Below, piece by piece: positions 10,213-19,206 of a stretch of 64,000 nucleotides of DNA (positions within the stretch are counted from its first letter, which is position 1; every line of letters starts with the position of its first letter). The stretch comes from Candidatus Poribacteria bacterium. Its GTDB lineage: Bacteria; Poribacteria; WGA-4E; WGA-3G. Below the pieces are notes generated by a model. The model saw nothing but the letters and a program-made list of their open reading frames with translations. It was not told where the DNA came from and searched no databases. Both the position numbers and the translations under genes were made by a program. The stretch covers positions 1,376,001 to 1,440,000 of the forward strand of contig CBDANF010000002.1 of the NCBI GenBank assembly GCA_965197475.1, written 5' to 3'.

Positions 10213-10994
10213 ATGAAGCCTCGCTTCAAGAATTGACAGACCTACTTGAGAAAACGCCGTTGCCGGTGATTATGAGAGCGTTTGAACAAGTAGACGTTGC
10301 GGATATCGCGGTTTTCTTATTATTACTGGATGTTGCTGCCAAAACAATCTCTGAGGAATCTGATGAGATACGTAGGACACTCGCTCGCGCAGCGGATAGT
10401 AAATCTAAAGAACAGACAGAAGGGACGTTAACCGGTCATGCACAACAAATTTTTGCGCAATTTCCAATTGAGAGACAGATCCGAATAGCCGAGCAGATCG
10501 CGGCAACAGAGATAGTTGAGACACAACAAGCAGAACAGGTATGGGAGGAACTTATCGGTAAAATGAAAGGAGTGCTCCAAAGCACGCTCTTTTTTGGCAA
10601 CGGTGCGAAAAATCTCGCGAAATTCATGGGACAGGTTGATATTGAACAACAGAATCAACTCATGGAAGTGTTGCAAAAAAGTCAACCTGAATTGGCAAAC
10701 ACAGTTGCTGACTGCTTGTTTACTTTTGAAGACCTGCTTGAAGTGCCAGATGAGACAATTATGACACTCTTGCAGGTTTTAGAGACAAACACTTTAGCAC
10801 TTGCACTGCATGCAGCCCCTGCAGCAATACAAGATAGATTCTTTGAAAATATGTCAGCAACACAAGCGGAAAATGTTGAAGCAGAAAGCGAGCAGCTCAC
10901 ATTTGAGCAGAAACAGTTAAGCGAGACTGCTCGGCAATCTGTAGTGGGTATGGTTCGCAATTTCGCTGCTAAAGGATTGCTGAAAATTCGCTAA
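10194..10994 (+). CDS. FliG middle/C-terminal domain-like protein
   Basis: LFTFEDL...LALALH...FFENMS pattern resembles FliG-C. Confidence 0.7.
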   Translation: MSESFLNEASLQELTDLLEKTPLPVIMRAFEQVDVADIAVFLLLLDVAAKTISEESDEIRRTLARAADSKSKEQTEGTLTGHAQQIFAQFPIERQIRIAEQIAATEIVETQQAEQVWEELIGKMKGVLQSTLFFGNGAKNLAKFMGQVDIEQQNQLMEVLQKSQPELANTVADCLFTFEDLLEVPDETIMTLLQVLETNTLALALHAAPAAIQDRFFENMSATQAENVEAESEQLTFEQKQLSETARQSVVGMVRNFAAKGLLKIR

Positions 10995-11035
10995 ATACCG
11001 GAAATTTTCTACTCTAAAGAAACAGCATCTATAAA

Positions 11036-11986
11036 TTATTTATCCTCTAACTTGAATTCAAAAGGAATTTGGATAGTGGATTCAATTGTTTTACCTTTTT
11101 TCTTTGCCGGTATAAACCTAAACTTCTTTAATGCATCAATTGCCGCTTTTTCAAAACCGAATCCAAGGTTTGTTACAGCAACTATATTTTTGGGAATACC
11201 ATCTGTTCCAACGGTTGCTTTCAGAATTACTTTCCCTTCTTTCTGTGCCCGTTTAGCATTTTTGGGATAGGTAGGTTTAATCTGGATTCTAATTTTCGGA
11301 TGTGACGACCCTTCTTCTTCGAAATCAATGTCAGGATCTATTATAGTGGGTTCAGGACTTGGGGTAGAGACATCAGGAAGATCCAACGGGGTCTTTTCCT
11401 GGGCAGGTCTATCAATGGTAGGTTTTTCTGAGGGACGTTCAGGTTGAATTGGTCCTTTCATACCGCGAACAATTTCAGTAATTTTCGGGCCTTCCTTCAG
11501 ACTAGGTGCTTCTGGGGTAAAATTTGTATCAGGTCCTGATGGAAGCGTGAAATCGCCTGTTGGTCGTAGGATATTCGTATTATTCACTGGCGTACTCTGA
11601 ATTGGAGCCTCAATTATTTGCTCCTTAGCCTTAAATGTTTCCCGAGGTCTGACTACATCAACTCGTTTTCTTGGAGGCATCTCTTGAGGCACTAATGCGA
11701 CTTCAAGTTCTTCGGTTCCCGATGCAATCTGATCCTTTATAAAAAAGAAACCGAAGAGAAGTGCAATAGCTACATGTAATCCTACAGAAAACGTTAAAGC
11801 AAAAGAATTGCGTCCTCCGGTTTTCTGTACGGTCATGGGGGAAGGTTTATTCTCTTGTGCGGCAGCAATTCCGCCTTTCTGACTTTCTTCAATGCTGACT
11901 TTCTTTAACTTAGCATTGATTTTCGGTTTTTTCCGATCAGCCCTACGTTTATGCAAATGGGATAAAATGTCGGAACTTCTACTCAT
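11036..11986 (-). CDS. TonB family energy transducer
   Basis: TM helix with SVGLH, Pro-rich linker, YPKNAKRAQKEGKV...FEKAAIDA...F.PA C-terminal domain. Confidence 0.9.
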   Translation of the reverse strand: MSRSSDILSHLHKRRADRKKPKINAKLKKVSIEESQKGGIAAAQENKPSPMTVQKTGGRNSFALTFSVGLHVAIALLFGFFFIKDQIASGTEELEVALVPQEMPPRKRVDVVRPRETFKAKEQIIEAPIQSTPVNNTNILRPTGDFTLPSGPDTNFTPEAPSLKEGPKITEIVRGMKGPIQPERPSEKPTIDRPAQEKTPLDLPDVSTPSPEPTIIDPDIDFEEEGSSHPKIRIQIKPTYPKNAKRAQKEGKVILKATVGTDGIPKNIVAVTNLGFGFEKAAIDALKKFRFIPAKKKGKTIESTIQIPFEFKLEDK

Positions 11987-12259
11987 CTCTTTTCTCCTAA
12001 ATATTATCTCGTGATGTCGATAGCGCGCTTACAACACACTTACCGGAGTTTATGAGATAGTTCGTGAATCAATCGTTTCGTAAATTAAGGGTTATGCCAC
12101 AACGTTAATTTACACATCAACGGTATTTTTGATATCAGTACCAACTTTCCATTAAAAACTAACTTAGTATAAATTATAGCATATTTAAACATATATGTCA
12201 ACTTTTTTAATTTAAATTGTATTTTAAGGAATTTCTTACGTTTCGGCATCGATATTCAG

Positions 12260-14491
12260 TTAAGGATTCCACCAAAACGTCATTTTTGCGACTACTGTGG
12301 AATTCCGCAGTACTGCCTTTGTTGTTTTGTCTGTGTCGTAGGTTTGATTGAAAACAAAATAGAAATCACTTCCTGGACGATAGATGTAGTTAATTAGAAA
12401 ATTGGTAGATACAAGGTTAGTCTCTGTATTCCATTGCGCATAGAATTTGGCAAACAGGGTCGTTGAAAACGAATAGTTGAACCTGCCGGAGAAAAGGTTC
12501 GCATCAAAATCACCAACAAGTAAGGTGACATGATTAAATTGATAGTCTGCGTGTAAGCTGATTCGTCCATTCGGTTTTAGCGTTCCATCAACATAATATT
12601 TGCGAATTTGACCGTTATAAAAATCCCCAAACTCAAAACCTGCTGTAGTACTAATAACACGGCTATCGCTCGTTGAAAACCTCCCGCCTAATATCCCGAA
12701 TTGGTAGCTACCAATTGGGATAACCACATCCTCCCGAATTTCAAAAACTTCGTCAAGTCTTTCAAAAGCACGTCTGGCAAAAAACATTACGTAGTCACCT
12801 GTTGCAAATGATGTCCAGTGAGTGTAGGAAAAATTCCAGCGTTCCAGTTCATTTTCTTGATTGAGAATGTAGTTTACTTCGGGACCCGACCAAAGTTCGC
12901 GAATTCCGTATTTTTGTGGTCTCGGTGCCCAACGAAAATGGGCTCGCGCATGACGGACCCCGGTCTGTCGGACAAATCCGATCGCTGGGTCAAAATCTTC
13001 GTCAATATCGGTGAAAGATCCGCCGAATCGAAAGATGTCATTCCGCCATTTTGAACCGAAGTACCAAGCGTTATTTTTCCCTGACATATTGGGAGTAAAA
13101 GTTCGCGCCCACATGCCGCGAACATCAAACCTATCATTTGGACGGAATTCAAAATCAACCCCGCCTGCGCGGTTGTAGTTGCCAATTTCGTCTTTATTGA
13201 CAGCAATTATGCCGAAACGAGATCCCGCAGCAGCATCCTTGGTAATTCGGATTACAGAGTAGTTTGTACGTGGAATGTCAATTGGATCATCTTCATCTGT
13301 TTCACCATGAAATTCATCTGTGAGAACATTAAGAACCCCAATTCCATAGGAACCGATCTTGCCGCTGGCTTTCCCACCAAAGATTATAGGAATAGCGTTT
13401 CCCTCAGCCAATCCGATACGTCGACTGTAGAAAAGTAACATCGGCGGGGGTCTCCGAAAACTTTGCCTTGGTACCCCGAAATCGAAAAGTCCTGCTCCTT
13501 CCAAAAAGAAGGGACGTTTTTCTGGGAAAAAGAGGTTAAATCGGGTGAGGTTAACCTGTTCCTGATCTGCCTCAACCTGTGCAAAGTCTGTGTTATAGGT
13601 GATGTCGGCAATTAGGTTAGATGTGATACCGTATTTTGCGTCAAAGCCGAGCTTGAATTGGCGGGTAGTCTCTCTTGTAGCATCCTCATCGTTCTCTTGA
13701 GTAATGCCGGGTAGAAGGTAAGGAAGAAATTCTATATTTCGGTAAGGGGAAATACCTTCTAAACCGACAAGAGTACCGAGGTTTGTCGTGCGATATTTTG
13801 CCAATCCACCGTAAGAAGCTGGCACGGGTGCCCATAACGCTTCTTCCTGATACCGTTTATGTTGATGTCCAACGTTAATTCCCCATATAATCTCGTCGCT
13901 TTTTTTAAAACGGAGTTGGCTAAAGGGAATGCTGAGTTCCGTTGTCCAGGAGGTCACGTTAATTTTCGATTTACATGCCACCACGGCATCCCAGTCGTCG
14001 TTCCGCGTATCTCCGTTATTCGTTATGGCTCTATCCTGTATTGCGCCTAAGGCGTTTGCGCGAAAGAAGAACCCACTCCGTTTATCGTTGTATGTATCCA
14101 ATAGGATGAAAACGTTGTCGTTTTCGTGTATGTCGCGTGCATCTCTACGCATTTCATTAGCGGCAAGTTTTGATATTTCTGAGTCGAAACAGATAAAACC
14201 GAAATAGATATTCTTATCATCATAGAGGATACGCACTTCCATTGGTTCAGAACTGATTTCACTCTCATGCGGCTCAATTTGGATAAACCTATCCATTACC
14301 TCTGCTTTCTGCCAATCCGCTTCGGTTAGATCTCCATCAATCTCAATACTCTTGTAGGTGCGGTATGCTTTAATCTGTTTGGTTGGCGATTCCGTACTAA
14401 CCTTGGAAGCAGCAACGAACAAAAGAATAAAAACAAATAAAGAAATTCTGATTTTTGGGAACTGTGTAATAGAAAATAGATACGGGTCCAA
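12260..14491 (-). CDS. CBM9-like sugar-binding domain + DUF5916 outer-membrane protein
   Basis: IDGDLTEADW, SIPFSQLRF, NTDFAQVEAD, FFPEKRPFFLEG, YSRRIG motifs. Confidence 0.85.
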   Translation of the reverse strand: MDPYLFSITQFPKIRISLFVFILLFVAASKVSTESPTKQIKAYRTYKSIEIDGDLTEADWQKAEVMDRFIQIEPHESEISSEPMEVRILYDDKNIYFGFICFDSEISKLAANEMRRDARDIHENDNVFILLDTYNDKRSGFFFRANALGAIQDRAITNNGDTRNDDWDAVVACKSKINVTSWTTELSIPFSQLRFKKSDEIIWGINVGHQHKRYQEEALWAPVPASYGGLAKYRTTNLGTLVGLEGISPYRNIEFLPYLLPGITQENDEDATRETTRQFKLGFDAKYGITSNLIADITYNTDFAQVEADQEQVNLTRFNLFFPEKRPFFLEGAGLFDFGVPRQSFRRPPPMLLFYSRRIGLAEGNAIPIIFGGKASGKIGSYGIGVLNVLTDEFHGETDEDDPIDIPRTNYSVIRITKDAAAGSRFGIIAVNKDEIGNYNRAGGVDFEFRPNDRFDVRGMWARTFTPNMSGKNNAWYFGSKWRNDIFRFGGSFTDIDEDFDPAIGFVRQTGVRHARAHFRWAPRPQKYGIRELWSGPEVNYILNQENELERWNFSYTHWTSFATGDYVMFFARRAFERLDEVFEIREDVVIPIGSYQFGILGGRFSTSDSRVISTTAGFEFGDFYNGQIRKYYVDGTLKPNGRISLHADYQFNHVTLLVGDFDANLFSGRFNYSFSTTLFAKFYAQWNTETNLVSTNFLINYIYRPGSDFYFVFNQTYDTDKTTKAVLRNSTVVAKMTFWWNP

Positions 14492-14531
14492 AAGCGTTGC
14501 TTCCTTGCGTAGAAGAAATCCGAATTAGTAT

Positions 14532-14690
14532 TATAGTAGATTTTAGAATTACTTGGACATTGTTATCGGTCCAGTTGGGAAACAGTTCCTACCGCATATT
14601 TTGTAGCACAAACTTTTAGTTTGTGTCGTCCTTGCGCAAACTGAAAGTGGACGCTACAGCAGTGTCCAGATAATTACAGATTTTACTATA
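14532..14690. mobile_element. MITE with TATAGTA..GGACA ends
   Basis: ~28-bp imperfect TIR; related end at ~21731 truncated by the IS1595 element. Confidence 0.55.
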
Positions 14691-14740
14691 AGACGCAAAA
14701 GGAGGCAAATTGGGTTATACAAATCTCAACGGACTGAGAA

Positions 14741-16843
14741 TCAAAATTCCAATGTAAGCGCAAAGAAGGGGACTATCGGCAGCTGGGCAGTCGGCACCTC
14801 TTTTGTAAAATGCTCACCATAGCGAACTTGGAGGATATTTCTGCGGTTATAGGCGTTCCAAAGTTCAAAAGTAAATCCACCCTTCGCTTTGTGCAAGCGA
14901 ATGAAGTACCAGTGAAAATTTTCCAGACGAATGAAGGACCAGTGAAAACGCAAATCCAAGCGATGATATGGCACTGCGCGTTTTTGGACACCCCAAATAG
15001 GTAGCCATGTTTGTTTTTTGGTATAAGGATTGGTATAAGGTTCTCTGTCTACTAACGTGGTATACAGAACGCCACTCTTATATTGCCAATTCGCTCCGAA
15101 TTCCCACGATTCAAAAGTGTAGTTAAGATTAATTGCTAAAACGTGAGGCGTGCTAAACATATAATCTCTTTCTTTTTCTTTAAGAGAATCTTGGCGTTTG
15201 GAAATGGTATAGGAATACGCGAGCCAACCCCGAAACGCTTCTCCAATTTCGTGTTCCAGTGAAACTTCAACACCTTTCACCGATCCAATTCTTTGATTTT
15301 GGTAGCGTTTTTCTGATCGGTTAAAGGTAATCATATCAGTTAGGTTTTTGTAATAGCCAGCGACTTCAATTTTTGTTTCTGAGGTTAACCTTTTTTCCAA
15401 TGCCACTACGTAGTGCCTTGCCAAGCTCGTGGCGATCTCAGGATTTTCGTTTCCAAGCACGACTTGGAAGAGTCGTGGATTTTGGACATAATTTCCATAC
15501 ATAAAGCGCATATCTATCGGTAGAAGAGAAAACCCTACAGTGTTCGTCTGCTCGGGCCCCAATGTTAATCCGAGTAGTCCACGTGGTTGCAGCGAAAACG
15601 AGTCAATCAGATTAAAATAATTTGCTCGTATTCCTATGGTGGTATAAAGGGAAGCATAGTGGGATGAAACCAGGTCCTGTGTTGCTTGAAAGTACCCTTC
15701 AAGTCGATGCTGGATTTTAGATGTGACGGTATGGACCTTTTCTCCATCTGCCCTTAACCTGAAGTCATAGTCCCAATCGCCTTCTTCAAGTGGTCGGGAC
15801 CCGATGCTTGTAAGGCTTGAAGGCAGGATCGAAAGATCAAAACCTGCTTCTAACAACGTCTTCGGAAATTTAACCCAGTACTGAAGATCGCCACGGAGTG
15901 AATGGACACTATCCGCGTTTCCATAGAAGTATCCGTCACCATATTTTAGTGCCCTCCGAGAAAATGACCGTGTCAATGATACAACAGACTTAAACGTTTC
16001 TTCTTTTTCAGAATAGAAATGGATGCCTTGTGAATCGAAAGGGTTATCTGACTTCAACGGACCGAGTAGGTCACCGTCAGAGACTTCATCACGACCAAGA
16101 CGAAATTCTGCTGAATCACCTGCTGCAATGGCATTCACGACCACCCTGTGGTTCTTAGTTAATTGGTAAACAACCTTTCCCTGATAACTCCAGAAACTCG
16201 GCACTTGTGTCACCAAATCATTCTCAACTTTCAACAAACGCGGCAATAATTCAAAAAGTGGCCCCAAAAAACTACGTCGACCAAAAACGTACCAATATCC
16301 ACGGGTTCCTATGTTTCCTTCAAGAAAGGCTTGAGAATACACCGGATTGAGGTTGAGTTTTCCACCTAAACGGGTATCGGTGATACTGCGGGAGTAAATG
16401 TCAATTACTGCCTGAGAATCGGAACCAAATTCTGCTCCATACCCACCAGGATACACCTCAATATTTTGGATTACCTCTGCGTTGACCGTAGAGACGATCC
16501 CGTAGAGATGATATGGATACCCTAAAGGTAATCGATCAAAATAGTAGAGGTTATCTTCAGGTCCGCCACCACGCACAGAAAGGATTCCGACAAAATCACT
16601 CAGAACACCGACGCTGGGAAGTTGGTTTAAAACTCGTAATGGATCTCCGCCGCTACCTACGGCACTCGTAATTAAGGGTCCTTTGAAAGTGTGTCGTGGT
16701 TTCTTTTCTATCCGTTCTGTTTTGACCTCTACTGGCGGTAAGGTGATAACATCATCCAACGCTTCGTCATTTACAGGATCATCGTTCTGCCCTAAAGCCG
16801 AAAATGGCAATAGAAGGATTAAAAGGATCAATATCTGTTTCAA
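14741..16843 (-). CDS. TonB-dependent receptor
   Basis: Signal peptide, plug VRGG..NLYYFD, GGYGAEFG, terminal F. Confidence 0.9.
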   Translation of the reverse strand: MKQILILLILLLPFSALGQNDDPVNDEALDDVITLPPVEVKTERIEKKPRHTFKGPLITSAVGSGGDPLRVLNQLPSVGVLSDFVGILSVRGGGPEDNLYYFDRLPLGYPYHLYGIVSTVNAEVIQNIEVYPGGYGAEFGSDSQAVIDIYSRSITDTRLGGKLNLNPVYSQAFLEGNIGTRGYWYVFGRRSFLGPLFELLPRLLKVENDLVTQVPSFWSYQGKVVYQLTKNHRVVVNAIAAGDSAEFRLGRDEVSDGDLLGPLKSDNPFDSQGIHFYSEKEETFKSVVSLTRSFSRRALKYGDGYFYGNADSVHSLRGDLQYWVKFPKTLLEAGFDLSILPSSLTSIGSRPLEEGDWDYDFRLRADGEKVHTVTSKIQHRLEGYFQATQDLVSSHYASLYTTIGIRANYFNLIDSFSLQPRGLLGLTLGPEQTNTVGFSLLPIDMRFMYGNYVQNPRLFQVVLGNENPEIATSLARHYVVALEKRLTSETKIEVAGYYKNLTDMITFNRSEKRYQNQRIGSVKGVEVSLEHEIGEAFRGWLAYSYTISKRQDSLKEKERDYMFSTPHVLAINLNYTFESWEFGANWQYKSGVLYTTLVDREPYTNPYTKKQTWLPIWGVQKRAVPYHRLDLRFHWSFIRLENFHWYFIRLHKAKGGFTFELWNAYNRRNILQVRYGEHFTKEVPTAQLPIVPFFALTLEF

Positions 16844-16867
16844 GGTTCAGTTCCCAAGTATAACCAT

Positions 16868-19096
16868 TTAGAATGCCGCCGTAATGCCTAAGTATGGGAG
16901 AATAGGCAACTGATAAATCGGGTTTTTATCTTTGTAGTCCTCTTCATATTGATAATCAAGAAGGTTTTTACGATTATAGGCGTTAAGTAGTTCTAAAAAA
17001 ATTCCTAACTCCCAACTATTAAAACGGAAGATTTTGCTCACGCGTAGGTCCAACCTGTGGTAGGGTGGTAATCTTTCTGAGTTTGTTTCACCATAAATAG
17101 GGAGATAGATAAATTTTCCGTTCCTGGGATCGGGTATGAGTGTAGAATCCACAACAGGTGTATATGGATTACCAGTTCGGTACTGCCATTTTGCACCGAA
17201 CTCCCAAGTAGGTGTAAGATTATAACTTGCAGCGAACGTAGCGACATGTGTTTGATCAAACGAATAGTAACGATATGGTTCGCCCGAACGGTCACGCCGT
17301 TTAGAAAGCGCATAAGCATAGGAAATCCATCCGAAAAACTTATCTCCACTTCTGTGCCGTAGAAAAATCTCAGTACCTTGTGCATAACCAACACCTTGAT
17401 TTAGAAAGATGGATCCTTTGTCAGATGTCACCAAATTTGCGAGGTCTTTGTAATAGGCTGCGATTTTGATTTCCGTATCTTGTGAAAGTTGACGTTTGAG
17501 TTCCACAATGTAATGGCTCGCTTGACTGGACTTTAACTCTGGATTACCAACAGTGTTTGAGAGTTGTGCAGGAATAGGAGTCTGGTTGTAGATTCCGTAA
17601 GCAAATTGGATCTCAGATCTGTTGGGAAGTTCCACACGGATGCTGCCTCTCGGTTGAATAGAGAGCTCATCAATTCGGTTAAAATAATCCAACCGCACTC
17701 CAAACACAACCGACACAAATGGTAATAGATTATATCTGTCTTGCAAGTAACTTTCAAGACGTTGCCCGCGCACAGATTCATCTATTTTGATCTTCTCTTC
17801 AAACCGGATGTCGTATTCTACCTCAGCTTCGTCTGGTATACGAGTGAATATACCGCTCACCTCTCCCGGTTCAGCACCGAGGATGAGTCCGGATTCCAAC
17901 CGATGTTTTTCGTTTAACTCATAAGTGAGGTCTTCACGGAGGGTGTAGGTTGGTGCATCAATATTAAGAGAGAGTAAGGGTCCGAAATTGACATCAAATA
18001 GAAAATCAGAGCGGGTAAGTGATAAAAAAGAGATGAGTCGTTCTGTGAGGGAGGAACGTAAATGAATCCCACCCCCTTGAAAACCACTTTCAAAACTCGT
18101 ATTTCCTCTAAAATCTTCGTCAACGTTTGCCCCGTCTAATGTTACAGCAAACTTGTCACCTGAAGCGAACAGATTAAAAAATAGTTGGTGTTTTTCGCTA
18201 AGGTCGTAGCCAGCTTTCAGTTGATAATCCCAGAAACGAGGAAAGGCAGTGATTGATCCTGTTGCAAACGAAAGGGAACCGATAAATAGGTCAATGTAAC
18301 TTCTGCGTCCTGCTGCATACCAATATCCTTTTTCGCCGATTTTCCCTTGGAGAAATCCTTCAGAGTAAAGTAGGTTGAGATTGAATTTTCCACGTAGATT
18401 TTTTGGACTGCTGTTTTGCGAATAGATGTCAATCACGGCTTGAGAATCCACACCATATTCAGCACCATAACCGCCTGCGTATACATCAATCCGGTCTATG
18501 ATTTCAGAACTGAGAGACGAAACGAGTCCACCAAAATGGTAGGGATAACCGACAGGCACACGGTCAAAGTAGTAGAGATTATCTTCATCGGAACCGCCAC
18601 GGATATAGAGGGCACCGCTAAAATCGTTCGCGACCCCGATGCCAGGGATTGCTGGCAGCGCACGCAGTGCATCACCCGCTGTGCCGGGAATACGTGCAAT
18701 TTCTTTGGATTGAATGCTCTTTTTAATAACAGTTTTTGGACTACGTTTTGCTTTTACCTCTACCGCTTCAAGTTCATAATCAGCTGTACTAACGAAAATT
18801 TTAGGTGTAAGTGTTTTGCCAGCTTCAATGGTAACAGTGGTTTTTTCTGCCGATTCGGAATTTGGAACAGATATAGATAAGGTATAGCTGCCCTCTGGGA
18901 TTTCGTTGAAAACAAACTGTCCAATTTCGTCTGTTTTTTGGTGTTTGTCAAGTTCAATTATGTGAACCTCAGCACCAGCTAACGGTTTGTCCGTGTCTGT
19001 GCTATAAACAGTGCCTTGAATTGTCCCTGTTTGGGCAAAAGCGGCTGTTGGAATTATTAAAATCATTAGTAGGTAAAAAAAGTTCTTCATGTTCAT
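16868..19096 (-). CDS. TonB-dependent receptor with carboxypeptidase-regulatory-like N-domain
   Basis: GTIQGTV N-domain, IRGG plug, YHRLDLR, terminal F. Confidence 0.9.
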   Translation of the reverse strand: MNMKNFFYLLMILIIPTAAFAQTGTIQGTVYSTDTDKPLAGAEVHIIELDKHQKTDEIGQFVFNEIPEGSYTLSISVPNSESAEKTTVTIEAGKTLTPKIFVSTADYELEAVEVKAKRSPKTVIKKSIQSKEIARIPGTAGDALRALPAIPGIGVANDFSGALYIRGGSDEDNLYYFDRVPVGYPYHFGGLVSSLSSEIIDRIDVYAGGYGAEYGVDSQAVIDIYSQNSSPKNLRGKFNLNLLYSEGFLQGKIGEKGYWYAAGRRSYIDLFIGSLSFATGSITAFPRFWDYQLKAGYDLSEKHQLFFNLFASGDKFAVTLDGANVDEDFRGNTSFESGFQGGGIHLRSSLTERLISFLSLTRSDFLFDVNFGPLLSLNIDAPTYTLREDLTYELNEKHRLESGLILGAEPGEVSGIFTRIPDEAEVEYDIRFEEKIKIDESVRGQRLESYLQDRYNLLPFVSVVFGVRLDYFNRIDELSIQPRGSIRVELPNRSEIQFAYGIYNQTPIPAQLSNTVGNPELKSSQASHYIVELKRQLSQDTEIKIAAYYKDLANLVTSDKGSIFLNQGVGYAQGTEIFLRHRSGDKFFGWISYAYALSKRRDRSGEPYRYYSFDQTHVATFAASYNLTPTWEFGAKWQYRTGNPYTPVVDSTLIPDPRNGKFIYLPIYGETNSERLPPYHRLDLRVSKIFRFNSWELGIFLELLNAYNRKNLLDYQYEEDYKDKNPIYQLPILPYLGITAAF

Positions 19097-19206
19097 GATC
19101 TGTGACTCTTGCTCCTATGCAAATGTGTTGAAATTTGTGTCCGTTGACACGTTAAATTATACAATTCTGTTGCCAGAATTGCAAATTGATCTATAATAGG
19201 GCAAAA

